From Octopus sinensis (taxonomy: Eukaryota), in the NCBI RefSeq assembly GCF_006345805.1, contig NC_042998.1:55738001-55802000 (forward strand): a stretch of 64,000 nucleotides of DNA, given 5' to 3'. Below are positions 1-13,755 of the stretch, piece after piece. Under the pieces are notes generated by a model, which saw only the letters and a program-made list of their open reading frames with translations, searched no databases and was not told where the DNA came from. The translations under genes and the position numbers were made by a program. How positions within the stretch are numbered: position 1 is the stretch's first letter; the number at the start of each line of letters is the position of its first letter.

Positions 1-690
1 CAGACGACTTCGCAATCTCCTGCAACTCTTCTGGACTGTCATAATCCTTGCATTCAGTTCATCTTTGGTGTTACAAGGAGTTTTGTTAGTCTCTCGTTTA
101 ATTGCGCCCCACACATAATTATCAAGGGGGTTGCAGTCTGGGGAGTTAGTTGGCCAGCTGTTAGGGGTGATGTGGTCGCAGAAATTGTGACAGCCATGAC
201 TGGGTTCTTCTGCTTGTGTGACATGGTGCGGAGTCCTGTTGCCAGACATAGGGTCTTCCAGCAACCACCCTCTTGACCCAGGACAGCACTACCTCCTCAG
301 GCACTTGATGTAGGCCTCCGCGTTGATTCTGAGGCCGTGTGGGAAGATTAATGGAGGCATAACATCTTAATCACGTATGATCACTCCAAACACTATGATG
401 TTGACTGGATGCTTGATTTTTATCATTCTCGGTATATGTCCTCAGATTGTACAGTCCTCAGATTGATGTCCAAGCACTCTCAATTGTTCGTATTGGAGCT
501 TACGGTGCGAATGCCAAGCAGTACAGCATGTCGTTTCCAAATTTCCGTCAGAGTGAACTGCGTCATAGAACTGCTTTTCTCAAGACCAACTGACCCTACC
601 ATACTGTGTAGTGGACAAAATCAAAAACAAAAAATATGTATGCACGAAATTAAAAATATAAAATGGCAGCAATTTGCCCATCGCACCCTG
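1..690 (-). mobile_element. Decayed, internally deleted DD37D (maT-type) Tc1/mariner transposon, running off the window start
   Basis: Minus-strand remnants read ..GRPYVWQQDSAPCHTSRRTQSWL..WPTNSPDCNPLDNYVW, with about 37 residues between the catalytic Asp residues allowing for frameshifts. The terminus CAGGGTGCGATGGGCAAATTGCTGCC abuts TA at 691. Confidence 0.8.
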
Positions 691-756
691 TATATATATA
701 TATTTATTTATTTATTTATATATGTATATATGTATGTACATACATATATATATGTA

Positions 757-825
<69 letters not shown>

Positions 826-855
826 TGTGTGTGTGTGTGTGTATGTATATATATG

Positions 856-927
<72 letters not shown>

Positions 928-1679
928 ATAAACAAGCACACACACACATATATTGTACAGGTAGATGGCCAGATGTTAGGGGTGATGTGGTCGCAGAAAT
1001 CTTTCTCCTTGTACTACAATAGATTTCTGCGTTTCAAAAACTAACCTATGCTTGTTTACATATATATGCGGGGAGAGGAGAGGTATAAGCTTATAATCGT
1101 ATGTATATATAAATATATATTTGGATATATATAAGTATATATACGTATATATAATATTATGTGTATACTTTTTCCCTCATTCACCCTACCAAACCTTGTG
1201 TCCCCTCACCCGATTTTCCGTAAACCCCTTACTCATTAATTGTAACCTGTCTTTCAAAATCCCCTTCATTTAATGCCCTTACGAAATCATGATTATTTCC
1301 TGATTTCAATTATACACACACAAAGTCGTGCACATAAGCACACACACATTTACCCCCACTGGATTTCTAGTATTATTTATTCATCCTTTATTAACTCTGA
1401 AACTTGGGCTCCGATTTCTGATTCTACCGCACGTCGCCTCTAATAAAGATAATTAGATTTAATTTCAATTCTTCGCTAATTTCGATTGCACCAAATTTGT
1501 CGCCCCTACCAATACTACTGCATCACTCACAGATTCAAACGTGCGCGTACGCATTCATTCATGCACGCTTTCACCCCTCCGGTATTTGTCTATTGCCCAT
1601 TGTGTATCAGATCTGAGTGTAAATTTACCAACTAACTGTAAAAAATATACACACACATACACACAGATATATATATATA

Positions 1680-2098
1680 GGAGTGGCTGTGTTGTAAGTA
1701 GCTTGCTTACGAACCACATGGTTCCGGGTGCATTCCCACTGCGTGGCATCTTGGGCAAGTGTCTTCTGCTATAGCCCCGGACCGACCAATGCCTTGTGAG
1801 TGGATTTGGTAGGCGGAAACTGAAAGAAGCCTGTCGTATATATGTGTATATATGTATATATGTGTGTGTGTCTGTGTATTTGTGTGTGTGTGTTTGTCCC
1901 CCCCCTAACATTGCTTGACAACCGATGCTGGTGTGTTTTCGACCCCGTCACTTAGCGGTTCGGCAAAAGAGACCGATAGAATAAGTACTGGGCTTACAAA
2001 AGAATAAGTCTCGGGGTCGATTTGCTCGACTAAAGGCAGTGCTCTAGCATGGCCGCAGTCAAATGACTGAAACAAGTAAAAGAGTAAAAGAGTAAAGA
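1680..2098 (+). mobile_element. tRNA-derived SINE, family A (GAGTGGCTGTGTGGTAAG head, internal microsatellite, GTAAAAGA-repeat tail)
   Basis: Homologous to copies at 28180-28596, 31600-31975 and 41275-41718, and to reverse copies elsewhere in the window. Confidence 0.85.
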
Positions 2099-2393
2099 GA
2101 TATATAGGGTAGTGAATATTCTTAGAAATATTCGCAGTGGCCTAGCATTTATAAAAAGTCAATAGACGCCATATTCTCAATATAAAATAGTGTACATTTA
2201 AACACACGAGTAAACTATCTTTGCGACAGTTCAACAACGAATTTTATGCCCCATTATTATTTCCATTATTAATTCCATTGTTTCGAACGCTGTGTGGGCA
2301 TCCACCAGCCGCGTTAAACTGACCGAATTTCTAGAGATATTGCAGCACTCTGAGACCTTATTGGGTGATGTTCAGGTTACAGACCTAGTTACA

Positions 2394-3950
2394 GCACAAG
2401 TTACAGGATTCTGAGGTACCTGAGGGTGCTGGTGTGAATAGCATTGAAACTGTTGTGTGGACGCCCCCAGATGATGAAGTAGGCTAGCCCAATACGTAGA
2501 TATAGAGGGAGAAGTCTAGACGTCGTGAGTTGAGTAGAGGTCATCGAAACATGCGATATAACAGAAACCGAAATTCATCGACATAGACTTCACTTGATTG
2601 GCCATCCAGTAAGGGAATCTGATTACTGCGTGCCCAAACAGCTGTTATATGGTCTGATCAAAGAAGCAAAGAGGCTGAAATGTAAACCAAAAATGCGTTT
2701 CAAAGATTCAATTAAGTAGTGTGTATCTTGGAAGGGGAAAAAATGATGAACAACGTATGAAGCCAGTGTATGATTTTCCACTAAAAATGAGCGACTTACC
2801 AAATGATATTAATGAAAGAAGTATAGCTCTACGCATGAAGTTAAGAGATGTTCGCCATGCGACAACTATAAGTATATATGCACCAACTCTAGATAGCAGT
2901 GAAGGAGCAAAACTTGAATTTTATGAAGCCTTAAAAGAGTGTTTGCGTGGTGTAGCCGATTTTGATACAATTATTTTGCTTGGTGACTTTAATGTGAGAG
3001 CTGGTACTGATTGAAACACCAAGAAATATCTTCTGAAGGTTCGGGTTTGCGAAAATGAATGATAATGGTTTGTTACTCTTTCAAATGTGCACACAGATGG
3101 GCTTATTTATATCAAGTGCCCAATGTAAGCATAAAATATGTCACATTGTAACATGCAACTATTGTCGATCCAAACAGAGGCACCATATTGACATGAACGA
3201 TGAACTCAGGGTGAGTTCCTTTAAAGGAGTGGTGTGTTGGTTAGATCATTCACTTGTTAGAGCAAAAATTAAAATCACAATACGCCCTAGACACAGACAG
3301 TCTTCCAATAAAAACTTACCAAACCGTATTTATGTAGGCAAGCTTAAATATTCCGAAGTGTAGAAAGTTTGAAACATGGCTAGTATATAGGAAGCACGTG
3401 AAACTACAAGAGCGATCACATCATCGATGCTTGCGCTCTATACTGAAAATCAAATGGATGCACAAGTTACAGGATTCTGAGGTACCTGAGGGTGCTGGTG
3501 TGAATAGCATTGAAACTGTTGTGTGGACGCCCCCAGATGATGAAGTAGGCTAGCCCAATACGTAGATATAGAGGGAGAAGTCTAGACGTCGTGAGTTGAG
3601 TAGAGGTCATCGGAACATGCGATATAACAGAAACCGAAATTCATCGACATAGACTTCACTTGATTGGCCATCCAGTAAGGGAATCTGATTACTGCGTGCC
3701 CAAACAGCTGTTATATGGTCTGATCAAAGAAGCAAAGAGGCTGAAATGTAAACCAAAAATGCGTTTCAAAGATTCAATTAAGTAGTTCTCTAAAGAATAA
3801 AGAATTTCAAAATAATGCATGCAAACTAGGAGAGTGATGCAGTGGACCAACCAAAATAGCAGAGAAAAATCTGAGAAGGTGCTGCTCTGTTTGAATATAA
3901 TAAGTAGAAACATGCAATGATAAAAAGAGATGCAAGGAAGGGTTTTGCTT
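2394..3950 (+). mobile_element. Decayed RTE-clade LINE (AP endonuclease fragment plus C-terminal fragment) with a 327-bp duplication
   Basis: ORF 2721-3014 has APE motifs (ISIYAPTLDS..KLEFYEAL..IILLGDFNVR). 3400-3790 reads HHRCLRSILKIKW..PKQLLYG..KPKMRFKDSIK, typical of the RTE C-terminus. Confidence 0.8.
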
Positions 3951-4159
3951 GTGGTCCTTCTCTCCTAATTTGTTATGCCTACAACTGCATTTGTCTCTTC
4001 TAAGCTGGACTAGTTAGTCATCAACGGAAACATAAATTTAGGACTCCTGCTGACTTTGCAGTTACAATCTGATGAATTAGCTTGCTCTCTTTGCAATAAG
4101 ATCTCCAGAAACAAATCAAGATTCATGAAGTATAGCCAACTAATACATACATATATATA

Positions 4160-4195
<36 letters not shown>

Positions 4196-4245
4196 TATAT
4201 ATGCATATATATAGATATATATATACATATATATACATATTATAT

Positions 4246-4383
<138 letters not shown>

Positions 4384-4386
4384 CAT

Positions 4387-4417
<31 letters not shown>

Positions 4418-5409
4418 CGCCACATCATGGCTACAGTTTAATGGCTCAATCAAGTAAAAGCTATATACATACACACATAAAAAAATTATACAAATATTAA
4501 ATATATATGTATCATAGACACACAATATGCGTGTGACGAGGTATGTGTATGTGTGCGTGTATGTGTGTGTGTGTGTCACTCTATCTTTCTAGATGTGTGT
4601 ATGTGTGTGTATAGAACCAAACCGAAGTGTGTGCAATTACTTGTATGCATATGTTTAAATGATTATTAGTTTTTTGTTGTTGTTGTTTTTTTTATTAAAT
4701 TAACGTAGGTGCTAATAGACTTAATGCCAATTACATCTATGTTTATATTAGCATAAAAATATATTACTTAATATTTCAAATGTTTAGTAAATCATGTTTT
4801 GATTCAAACACAGATTTTTGCTTTTCCTCTAAAATATAAATAAATCCATTAGGCAAATGTGTTTTTAAATTTAATGGCGACTGGAGAAGTGTTTTTTTCT
4901 AGATTGTAGAAGCTGACAAGCCGGTAACATTCAAATAATCTTCACATGACGATTCTATTTCCCATCTATTTATTAATGTCTTGATTGATTGTATTCTACA
5001 GAAAGCTTGTATACCCACAGGGAAAATCGAAACAAAATAGCTTCGAAATTCAATTAACGTAAATAAATTGGAATATTTCGTCTTTATGTTTGCCGAGTAT
5101 GGTATAAATGCATAACATAAAATTTATATTTTCTCACTCTACTTCGTTCTATGTAACGCGGAAATATTTAACGCGACACACATACATACATATAACATGT
5201 CTAGACATGCAAGTATATGTATAAGAATACATACATAAAACAAAGCATATAAATCTGCACATATACATACACGGAAAAATACCCTGTTGATGTTGAAATT
5301 CCACTGAAGAAGCCTTGGATCTAGGTTATAAACCGGCTCTTTCTCTGTTGGCAAGAAGTCTTGAAATAAAATTGAATAACGACACATACTTACAGAAATG
5401 TTTGTGTAC

Positions 5410-5481
<72 letters not shown>

Positions 5482-5491
5482 ACATATATAT

Positions 5492-5868
5492 TCTTTTATT
5501 CTTTTACTTGTTTCAATCATTTTACGGCGCCCATGTTGGAGCACTGCCTTTAGTCTAACAAATCGACCCAGGACTTATTCTTTGTAAGCCTTGTACTTAT
5601 CCTATTGGTATCTTTTGCCGAACCGCTAAGTTACGGGAACGTAAACACACTAGCATCGGTTCTCAACTGATGGGGGAGGGGGCCAAACACAGACACGCAA
5701 ACATATGTATGCATATATATATATGATATTATATATATATATATATATAAGAAAGGTTTCTTTCAGTTTCCGTTTACCAAATCCACTCACAAGGCTTTGG
5801 TCAGCCCGGGGCTATAGAAGAAGACACTTGACCAAGGTGCCACGCTTCTTACTACACAGCCATGCTTG
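5492..5868 (-). mobile_element. SINE family A copy
   Basis: Reverse complement of the 1680-2098 element. Confidence 0.8.
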
Positions 5869-5869
5869 C

Positions 5870-5904
<35 letters not shown>

Positions 5905-5974
5905 ATATTATATATAATATATATATATATATAATATATATATATATATTATATATATATATATAGATAGAGAG

Positions 5975-6020
<46 letters not shown>

Positions 6021-6195
6021 GAGAGAGAGAGAGAAAGAGAGAGAGAGAGATGTGGGTTCCAGTCCCATACGTTCGGGAAAACCTACTTGTTTTTCTGTCG
6101 AGGCCTTATATGCCCCATTATGAGATTATTTTCTTTAGTCACTGCACGGTGATCGCTATAAGCTTTAAGCTTATATATTATTATTATTATTATTG

Positions 6196-6724
6196 AGTGA
6201 GCGAGCAGAGCATGCCATCAAAGTGACACTGGGGTAAAATATACGAAGCCCAGTATACCCATCATGACTACCCGTCTGATAAGGGTACACCAGGCACATG
6301 CATCACAACCATATGTGCGCGACATGGTGATCTCATATCAAGATAAGCAGCACACGACCTTGCAGGTGGAGCCCAGTTAGAATTTTCTTCAGATCGAGTA
6401 ACCCATCCCGCTCAAAAGGTCCCTGAATAAGGGTTGTTTAAGGACGTTGAACGAAACACCCATGTTTCCAGAGGTGAATTATTCAAACCCCAAAGAATCC
6501 TTCTCAACACATGGCTATGATGCTCCCCCACTACTTCTGCTCGTGATCAGAGATGCACATATCGTCAGCCACTAAGGGACATGCTCAACTGGTTAAGGTC
6601 AACAACTGACAAGCAAATCTGTGGTATTGAGCAGAATATTTGCTGTAGCCCATCTTTTATACCAAGACAAAACAATGTACATAATAACACTTCCAATCAG
6701 TTAAGATCCAGAAGCCATGAGAGC
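6196..6724. mobile_element. ~530-bp non-coding insertion flanked by (ATT)n on both sides
   Basis: Splits a SINE (6050-6195 plus 6800-6850) whose uninterrupted homologue is at 6927-7150. Confidence 0.6.
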
Positions 6725-6755
6725 ATTATTATTATTATTATCACCATTATTATTA

Positions 6756-6804
<49 letters not shown>

Positions 6805-6926
6805 TGCAGAATTGAATAAATCGACACTACTTAACAAAACCATCGAAGTCAAAGCACATGAAAGTTAGTTTACAAAAACAACTACGAATTAATTATAGTT
6901 CTTAAATCTGACAGAAAAAAAAATAG

Positions 6927-7150
6927 GCTGGTTCGCTGGTGTAATCAGTAGCACACATGGTCGCGTAAACAAAGAGCTGTGGGTTCGAGTCTCACGCGAA
7001 CGGGAAAACCTACTCGTTTCTGTCGAGGGCTTATAAGCCTCATTATTAGACTACTTTCTTTAGTCATTGCCCGGTGATCGCTTTAAGCTTATAAAATACT
7101 ATTATTATTTACAGAATTGTAAAAATCGTCACTGCTTAACAAAACCATTG
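6927..7150 (+). mobile_element. tRNA-headed SINE, family E
   Basis: A-box-like CGCTGGTGTAATCAG and B-box GGGTTCGAGTCTC; body matches 6050-6190 and 6805-6850. Confidence 0.65.
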
Positions 7151-7163
7151 CAGTGATATATAT

Positions 7164-7362
7164 TTAGGGAAAGATATTTTCAAAAAGTTAAGATTAAGAA
7201 AAAAAACTTTTTAGAGAGTAGAATGGTTTTAACCTTTAGGAAGGAATTTCACAAATTGTGTTTAGCCTACACACAATTTGTGAAATTCCTTCCTAAAGGT
7301 TAGTACCATTCTACTCTAGTATTTTTCTTAATCTTAACTCTTTGAAAAGAATCTTTCTCTAA
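7164..7362. repeat. Imperfect ~95-bp-arm inverted repeat (hairpin)
   Basis: ..AAGTTAAGATTAAGAAAAA..GGAAGGAATTTCACAAATTGTGT / ACACAATTTGTGAAATTCCTTCC..TTTTTCTTAATCTTAACT, with a loop of about 9 nt. Confidence 0.8.
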
Positions 7363-7389
7363 CTGTATCAAGTAATTTCCTAAATACTC

Positions 7390-7442
<53 letters not shown>

Positions 7443-8939
7443 GTGTACGTGTGCATATGTGTGTGTGTGCGTGTGTGGGGGTGGAGAGAGGGAGAGGAGA
7501 GAGAGAAGAGTTGCTGTTGAAATATACATATATATGTATGTATATTGTATGTCTGTACATATGAATTTTATCGAAATATACTTTCGTAAAAATATATTCA
7601 TTGTCCATTGTATGTGCTAGTAGAGTCGTTAGAACGCCGGACAAAATGCCCAAAGGCACTTCCTCCATCTTTACCTTCTGAGTTCTTATTATGTTGAGGC
7701 TTACTTTGTCTTTCATCCTTTCGAATTCAATGAAATAAGTACCACTTGAGCACTGGGGTCGATGTAATCGACTATCCCCACCTCTCCTCACAAATTTCAG
7801 ACCTTGTGTTTATAGCAGACACGATTATCATTATTGTAGAAAATACTAAAAAATGAAATTATGATGAGAACACTTATTTCTTGCCCTAATTCTAATATAA
7901 GCAATATTGCTTTAATATTAAATCCATCTGAAACCAAATAAAACCAGAATTATTTGTCTAGAATTCTAAATTGGACAAACGCCTTCGTATACGCAAGGAA
8001 ATACATTGCAGACAATATTATTCCGATAACCACGCATGTAATACATACAAATTTACTGATAGAACTTATTTTGAAGAAATATGCTTTTGATGCACACAAA
8101 TACTTGATTTTAAATTAAGAAAAATTTAATTGTGTATTTGTGTCGTGACATAAAAACGATTTAAACATCCGAATAAAATCTGATAACTTTGTGCAAATAT
8201 GTATGCGCGGATTTCTATATACATGTCTGCATACTTAACAACATATATACCTACATGGACGTCTCAAATATAAACAGGTATAGAATGGGGCTAAAGGAGG
8301 AACAACATAGGGACAGGGATGAATTGCCAGAATGAATAATATACGGGACTTCCAGCTCATTCAGTATGTCAGAACGAAATATGTTCATTTAACTTTTGAT
8401 CACAAATTACTTTGTGGTCAAAGTTGCCTGTAGTCCTTTTGGAGAAGATAGAATATATAGCAGTTAAGCATTACAGGCAGTTCAATCAGCAATCACTCTC
8501 TTTCATTAAAAATCATTGTTTCGTAAATCAAATATCATTGTTTGGCAGAGGCCAACGGAAAAGGAAAATCTCAGTTTAAAACTGACAAGAGATAATTTGT
8601 CTTCAATATATTCAAGATCATTAAATAAGTATCAGTAATACATTGTTTAATCTATTACATCCTTTCTTCCTTTCTCCTCAAGAAAATCTAATTTGCACTG
8701 GAACAAAATAAGTAGAAAATATGTTTGTTCATTCTCGAGCCATGCCTAGCTCATAGAGCCGGTTTCCTTTTAGCTATGAGTCTCATTCTATTTCTGGAAG
8801 AAATTGACTGTGGGCAAGCCTGGAGAGAGAAAGGCTCCTCCAGGTCTGAAAGTGCCAGAGACAATTCACGATGGCGCCCCTATAGCTTCCTGAAGGAGAC
8901 GAACACTTACAGCAAGGCATACACACACACACATACATA

Positions 8940-8985
<46 letters not shown>

Positions 8986-9622
8986 TATACACACAACCTA
9001 TAAATTAATAATCGTAAGAACGGGATTGTCAAGTGATATTTATTGTCGTTTAGTGCATATCAGATTTATGATCAAAGATGTTCCATAACTGACCATCCTG
9101 CTTTTTGTTTCATTTTGTTTATTTTTTTTTCTGTGTATAAAGCAATATTGATAATGTGTCCTTCCTTTTGGAAGAAAACAGTAGTGTGACATTTGAGATA
9201 ATGTGTGGCTACAATTTCTAGGAGTTCAAGCCACCCCTTAAGTCTCCATCATTGCTTTCGAATAATATGTAGTGTAAACGTCTGCTCATTATTGGTTTAT
9301 AGTTTTGAGAAAATTGCTTCATAAGACACACAATTACAAACGTCTAGAATATACAAAAACAGGGAGCACATACGTGCAGATATACATATGTCTCACTCCA
9401 AATGGCTTGCAAGCTTTGAAATGCTAATGCCTCCTTTCAGTAATTTCAGTTAATCACCAGACTGTGGTTGGTTTATATCTTTTTAACTCGAGGACTATAT
9501 TATATGCATACGCGCGCGCGCACACAACACACACACACACACACACACACACATACGCATGTATGTGTGTGTGTAGATGCATAAATAGATAGACAGACAG
9601 ACAGATAGACAGACAGACAGAC

Positions 9623-9712
<90 letters not shown>

Positions 9713-9789
9713 ACAGACAGACAGACAGACAGATATACATATAGATACACATACACACATAAATATATATGTATATATATATATATATA

Positions 9790-10260
9790 TATGTGGTCAC
9801 CGCACAGTGTAAAATCAACGACGGAACTCGAAGCAATCCAGAGAAGCTACACACAAATGACCGCCTCAATGCGATATATCAGCCACTGGGAGAGACTGAA
9901 AAAGTTATGGCTCTACTTCCCAGAACGAATCCAGGGATATACATCTGGAAAATCCAGGAAGGACCTGTACCATAATTTGGCATTGAAAGTTACACAAACT
10001 GCTGAACGAGATTCTACTGCATAGTGCTAAAAATCCCAATATTTACATCAGGATACAGGGTTAGATACTGCAACCGCTTAGGTTTCAAGGGTCTACAACT
10101 CTTCAAAAACCTGAAACCTATATGGAATAAATATAGGTCTCTTCAAAGCAAAAATGCATCTCCTCTTGTCAAGAATTTCGGAGGGATCTACCTAGCTGCA
10201 AGAAACACAGATGAGGGCAACAACATCAAACTCCCTCATTCACCAAATGACATATATCAG
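9790..10260 (+). mobile_element. CR1/L2-group LINE 3' fragment
   Basis: [31 protein letters not shown] resembles the WSPH..LERVQRRAT..YEERLKKL C-terminal RT region. Confidence 0.6.
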
Positions 10261-10669
10261 AAGAGATTTCAAGTAGTAAAAATATAGCAAGGCTAACGGC
10301 AGTGCCTTCAGCGTGGCCGCAGCTCTAAAGCTGAAACTAGTATTAAAATAATATTAACGTTTGTTTTTATATGCAATTATATATAAAAGCAGTCTGATAC
10401 TACTTGAGCTATTATGCATCATTTAAGTAGAGCAAGGCATTTATTTTGTTTTCTCTAAGGAAAGGTTGATAGGGATTTCAAGTTTTTAGCTCAATTACCT
10501 TTGACAGTCTAACGAAAACAGCGAACCCGAAACTATTAAATAACTATCAATATTATCCTTTTAAGAATAATGCACACATAAAATACACACATAGGTATAA
10601 ATACATGAAGTCAACAATTAAACCAAGATTAACTAGGAACTTTCACAGAAACAGTAAAGTTGAAAGGCT

Positions 10670-11740
10670 TTACCTAAAAAGAAATGAAGGTGGTAGAGGT
10701 TTGGGATCAGTTCAGTGTAGACGTGCTTCGAATGCCGCATGGTATCACGCAGGCAGCACCTGCTAAACAACAGCAGCAAAAATAAATATATCAATGCAGT
10801 CCTGAAAAGTGAAGTGAGCAACATTGTACGAGTTGGCAGTGAACTCCTTAAGAAACACTCTCTTCCTGATGATATCCTATACAGCCTCAAAACAGCTGGG
10901 CTCTCTTACCTCAGAGAAAACCTGGACAGAATGCAATCAGCATACAAATAAAGACAATGCATGGGTATGTTGCCAGGAAGCTTTGAAGACAGTCGAATTG
11001 ACATGAAGCGCAGCCTCTCTTGGCAACAAGACCACTAAATCACATCACCCTTTGAAGGCTATGCGCTTGCAATCCAGGAACAGGAAGTTGCTACAAAGTA
11101 CCTGGTGAACATGAGAGACAGTGACGCTCTTGTAATCCCAAGGTGCAACCGCATGTGTAGGCTATGTCATGTTTCTGTGGAAGACATTACGCATGTGATA
11201 AGCAGCTGTCCTAAAATGTCGTCACGATGCGGCACGATGTTTTTGTTAAAACAATTTACAATGCCACCCGCAAAAAAGACTGTCCTGAAATAAACTTACA
11301 AAATCTCTGTTATGGAATACATTGATAAACACCAACTCAAGGGATACTGCTGGAATATTCCCATCAAAACTACTGTCAAATGTAAGCATAACAGGCCAGA
11401 TATTGCTGTTTGGGACAGAGGGGCAAAGGTATGTACCATCATAGAGGTTAGCTGTCCTGCAGACATAAATATCATTTTGTAAATCAAAGAAAAGGAGGAT
11501 ATCTATAGACAACTGCTTCAAAATCCCTAGCTTCTTTATCCAGACTATGAATTCATATTCGTACCAATAAGGATTAGAACACTAGGTTTTGTTAGTAAAT
11601 GTTTAAAGGAGAACTGGATAAACTAGGATTTTCAGAATGAGAATTTGACCGGCTTATTCGTACATTACAAGTGCAATCTGCGAGTGGAACAATAAAGATA
11701 TGCAGGACATTTCTCAAGTTCCAAAAGTGAATCTGTCTGC
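10670..11740 (+). mobile_element. Decayed RLE-type (R4/Dong-like) LINE 3' region
   Basis: AIQEQEVATKY, CRLCHVSVEDITHVISSCP (CCHC knuckle) and HNRPDIAVWD..IIEVSCPAD (restriction-like endonuclease). Confidence 0.75.
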
Positions 11741-12227
11741 GTTAACTACATCCCAAAGATGGAGCTTTGTATCTTTGTTGAAAACCGACTTCCTCTTCAG
11801 TGAAAGATTTATAATAATTAAAAAATTGAAGAGACATACATACATACATACATACTACATAGTATGTACATACATACATATATACATACGTACGTACATA
11901 CATACATACATACATACATATATACATACGTACGTACATACATACATACATACATACATACATACATACATACATACATACATACATACATACATACATG
12001 CATGCATATATACATACATATACGGACATACCTCAACACCTACGTCGTTTCGAGTTACGTCTTTTTTTACTTTATGTCGGTCACTGCAAACATACTTAAA
12101 AGCCGAAGCTGTTTAAAAAAACAACTGAAAACTAATAGTGGAAAAACAAACACATCTGAAAATATATAAAAACCATTTATTAAAATAGATATGATCTAAT
12201 CATTTTTCTTTAATGGTTTGTGTGTGT

Positions 12228-12291
<64 letters not shown>

Positions 12292-12349
12292 GTGTGTGTT
12301 ACGTTCTTTTCCGAGTTAAGCTGCATCTCTTACAACCAATTACAGACGC

Positions 12350-13574
12350 ACGAGGCGAATTCCAGAAATTTTGAGACTTTCTAGGAGCAGTAGTTATAGG
12401 TGTCCTCAATTGTTGTAATATTAGTTTATCATTACCATATATCCAATAAGCTGATCACCCAGCTGTTTTTGTTCCATACTGGAGGAGACGGCTGCAGCCG
12501 CATTTTGAACACACCCTACTAAACACTGCTTGTTACACAAGACTAGTTTGCTGAATGCAATCGGGACATGAAGACAATTTAGATGCTCACCATGCAAGTT
12601 TTCTGTTAAACTGAGAAAAAACGGTAAGAGCTGGTTGAGAAAATATCTCTAATTATCTGGATGAAGACCGTCGTATGACTATAAAGACAATGAGCATACA
12701 GTTTGGAGTTGCACACATAATTATGCATGAAGGTCTGAACATGCGCAAAATTTGTGCGTAGTTTGTTCCCAGAGTGCTCAGTGAGGAATAGAAGGAAATA
12801 CGCTTTGGTAACAGCAGAGAGATTGTTGAGCTAATATCCAGTTGAAGGATGCTTGAGTCTCTGATTACCTGAGACGAAAGCTGGATAGACGGTTATGCAC
12901 CAGAGACCACGATACAGAGTGTCCGCTGGAAGCATCTTGGCTTCTCCAAACCCAATAATGTCAGGCAAAACAAGTCCATCGGAAAGCTCATAATGATCCC
13001 CCTTTTCGATAGCAAGGGCATTACCTATATCCACTAGGTCCTCTCTGACCAGGTGGCCAGTAAAGGGTATTTTGAGGTCCTCTCTGACTAGGTGGCCAGC
13101 AAAGGGTACTTTGAGGTCCTCTCTGACCAAGTGGCCAGCAAAGGGTACTTTGAGGTCCTCTCTGACCAGGTGGCCAGCAAAGGGTACTTTGTGGAGATTT
13201 TGAGGAATTTGGGGAAGCGATTTGGTCGCAAAAGATCAGAGCTCTTTCACTCGCATGGTAGCACCCGCACCAAGACAACGTATCAGTCCTCAATTCCATC
13301 ATCCTGGTAACCAACTACATCAAAACAGTCTCTCACTCTCTCTACAATCCAGACTTTACTTCCAGTGACTTTTGGTCGTTCCCCAAGGGCCGTGATAAGG
13401 CTCCTGGACAACTTCACTCTGGAAAACGTCCTTGAAGCTTTCACGAAGTGGTTAGAGTGCTAAACAAGTGTATTGAAATCAGAGACTTCTACTTTGAAAG
13501 AGCTTTGAGTTTTGTTCTTTGAAATAAATGTCTCTCCTAAAAAAGTCCTAAAATGTCTAGAATGCACCTCGTAA
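12350..13574 (+). mobile_element. Decayed mariner (DD34D-type) element with both TIRs
   Basis: ACGAGGCGAATTCCAGAAATTTTGAGACTTT at the left end and AAAGTCCTAAAATGTCTAGAATGCACCTCGTA at the right. Remnants include RKICA*FVPRVL, LIT*DESWI and LFDSKGI. Confidence 0.8.
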
Positions 13575-13755
13575 GCTGTGATATGCCTGTATATAGCAAC
13601 CATATCTTACAGCATGATAGGCTACATACCCCATATCATGATCGAGTATTCTAGCAGTATTCAGTTCAGTCAAACATTACTACATTCCAAATAAAGGGAT
13701 TCTTATTCACTATGCCAATGGTGACATGTATATCTATTGTGCTAGAATTACAGTA

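Noticed and set aside
409-1044. 211-aa ORF and the many YI/CV/LSIY/poly-I/poly-N ORFs across the window
   Set aside because: Translations of (TA)n, (CA)n, (GATA)n, (TACA)n and (AAT)n microsatellites.
13036-13191. Regular short repeats suggesting a CRISPR array
   Set aside because: Head-to-tail with no unique spacers, inside a eukaryotic transposase.
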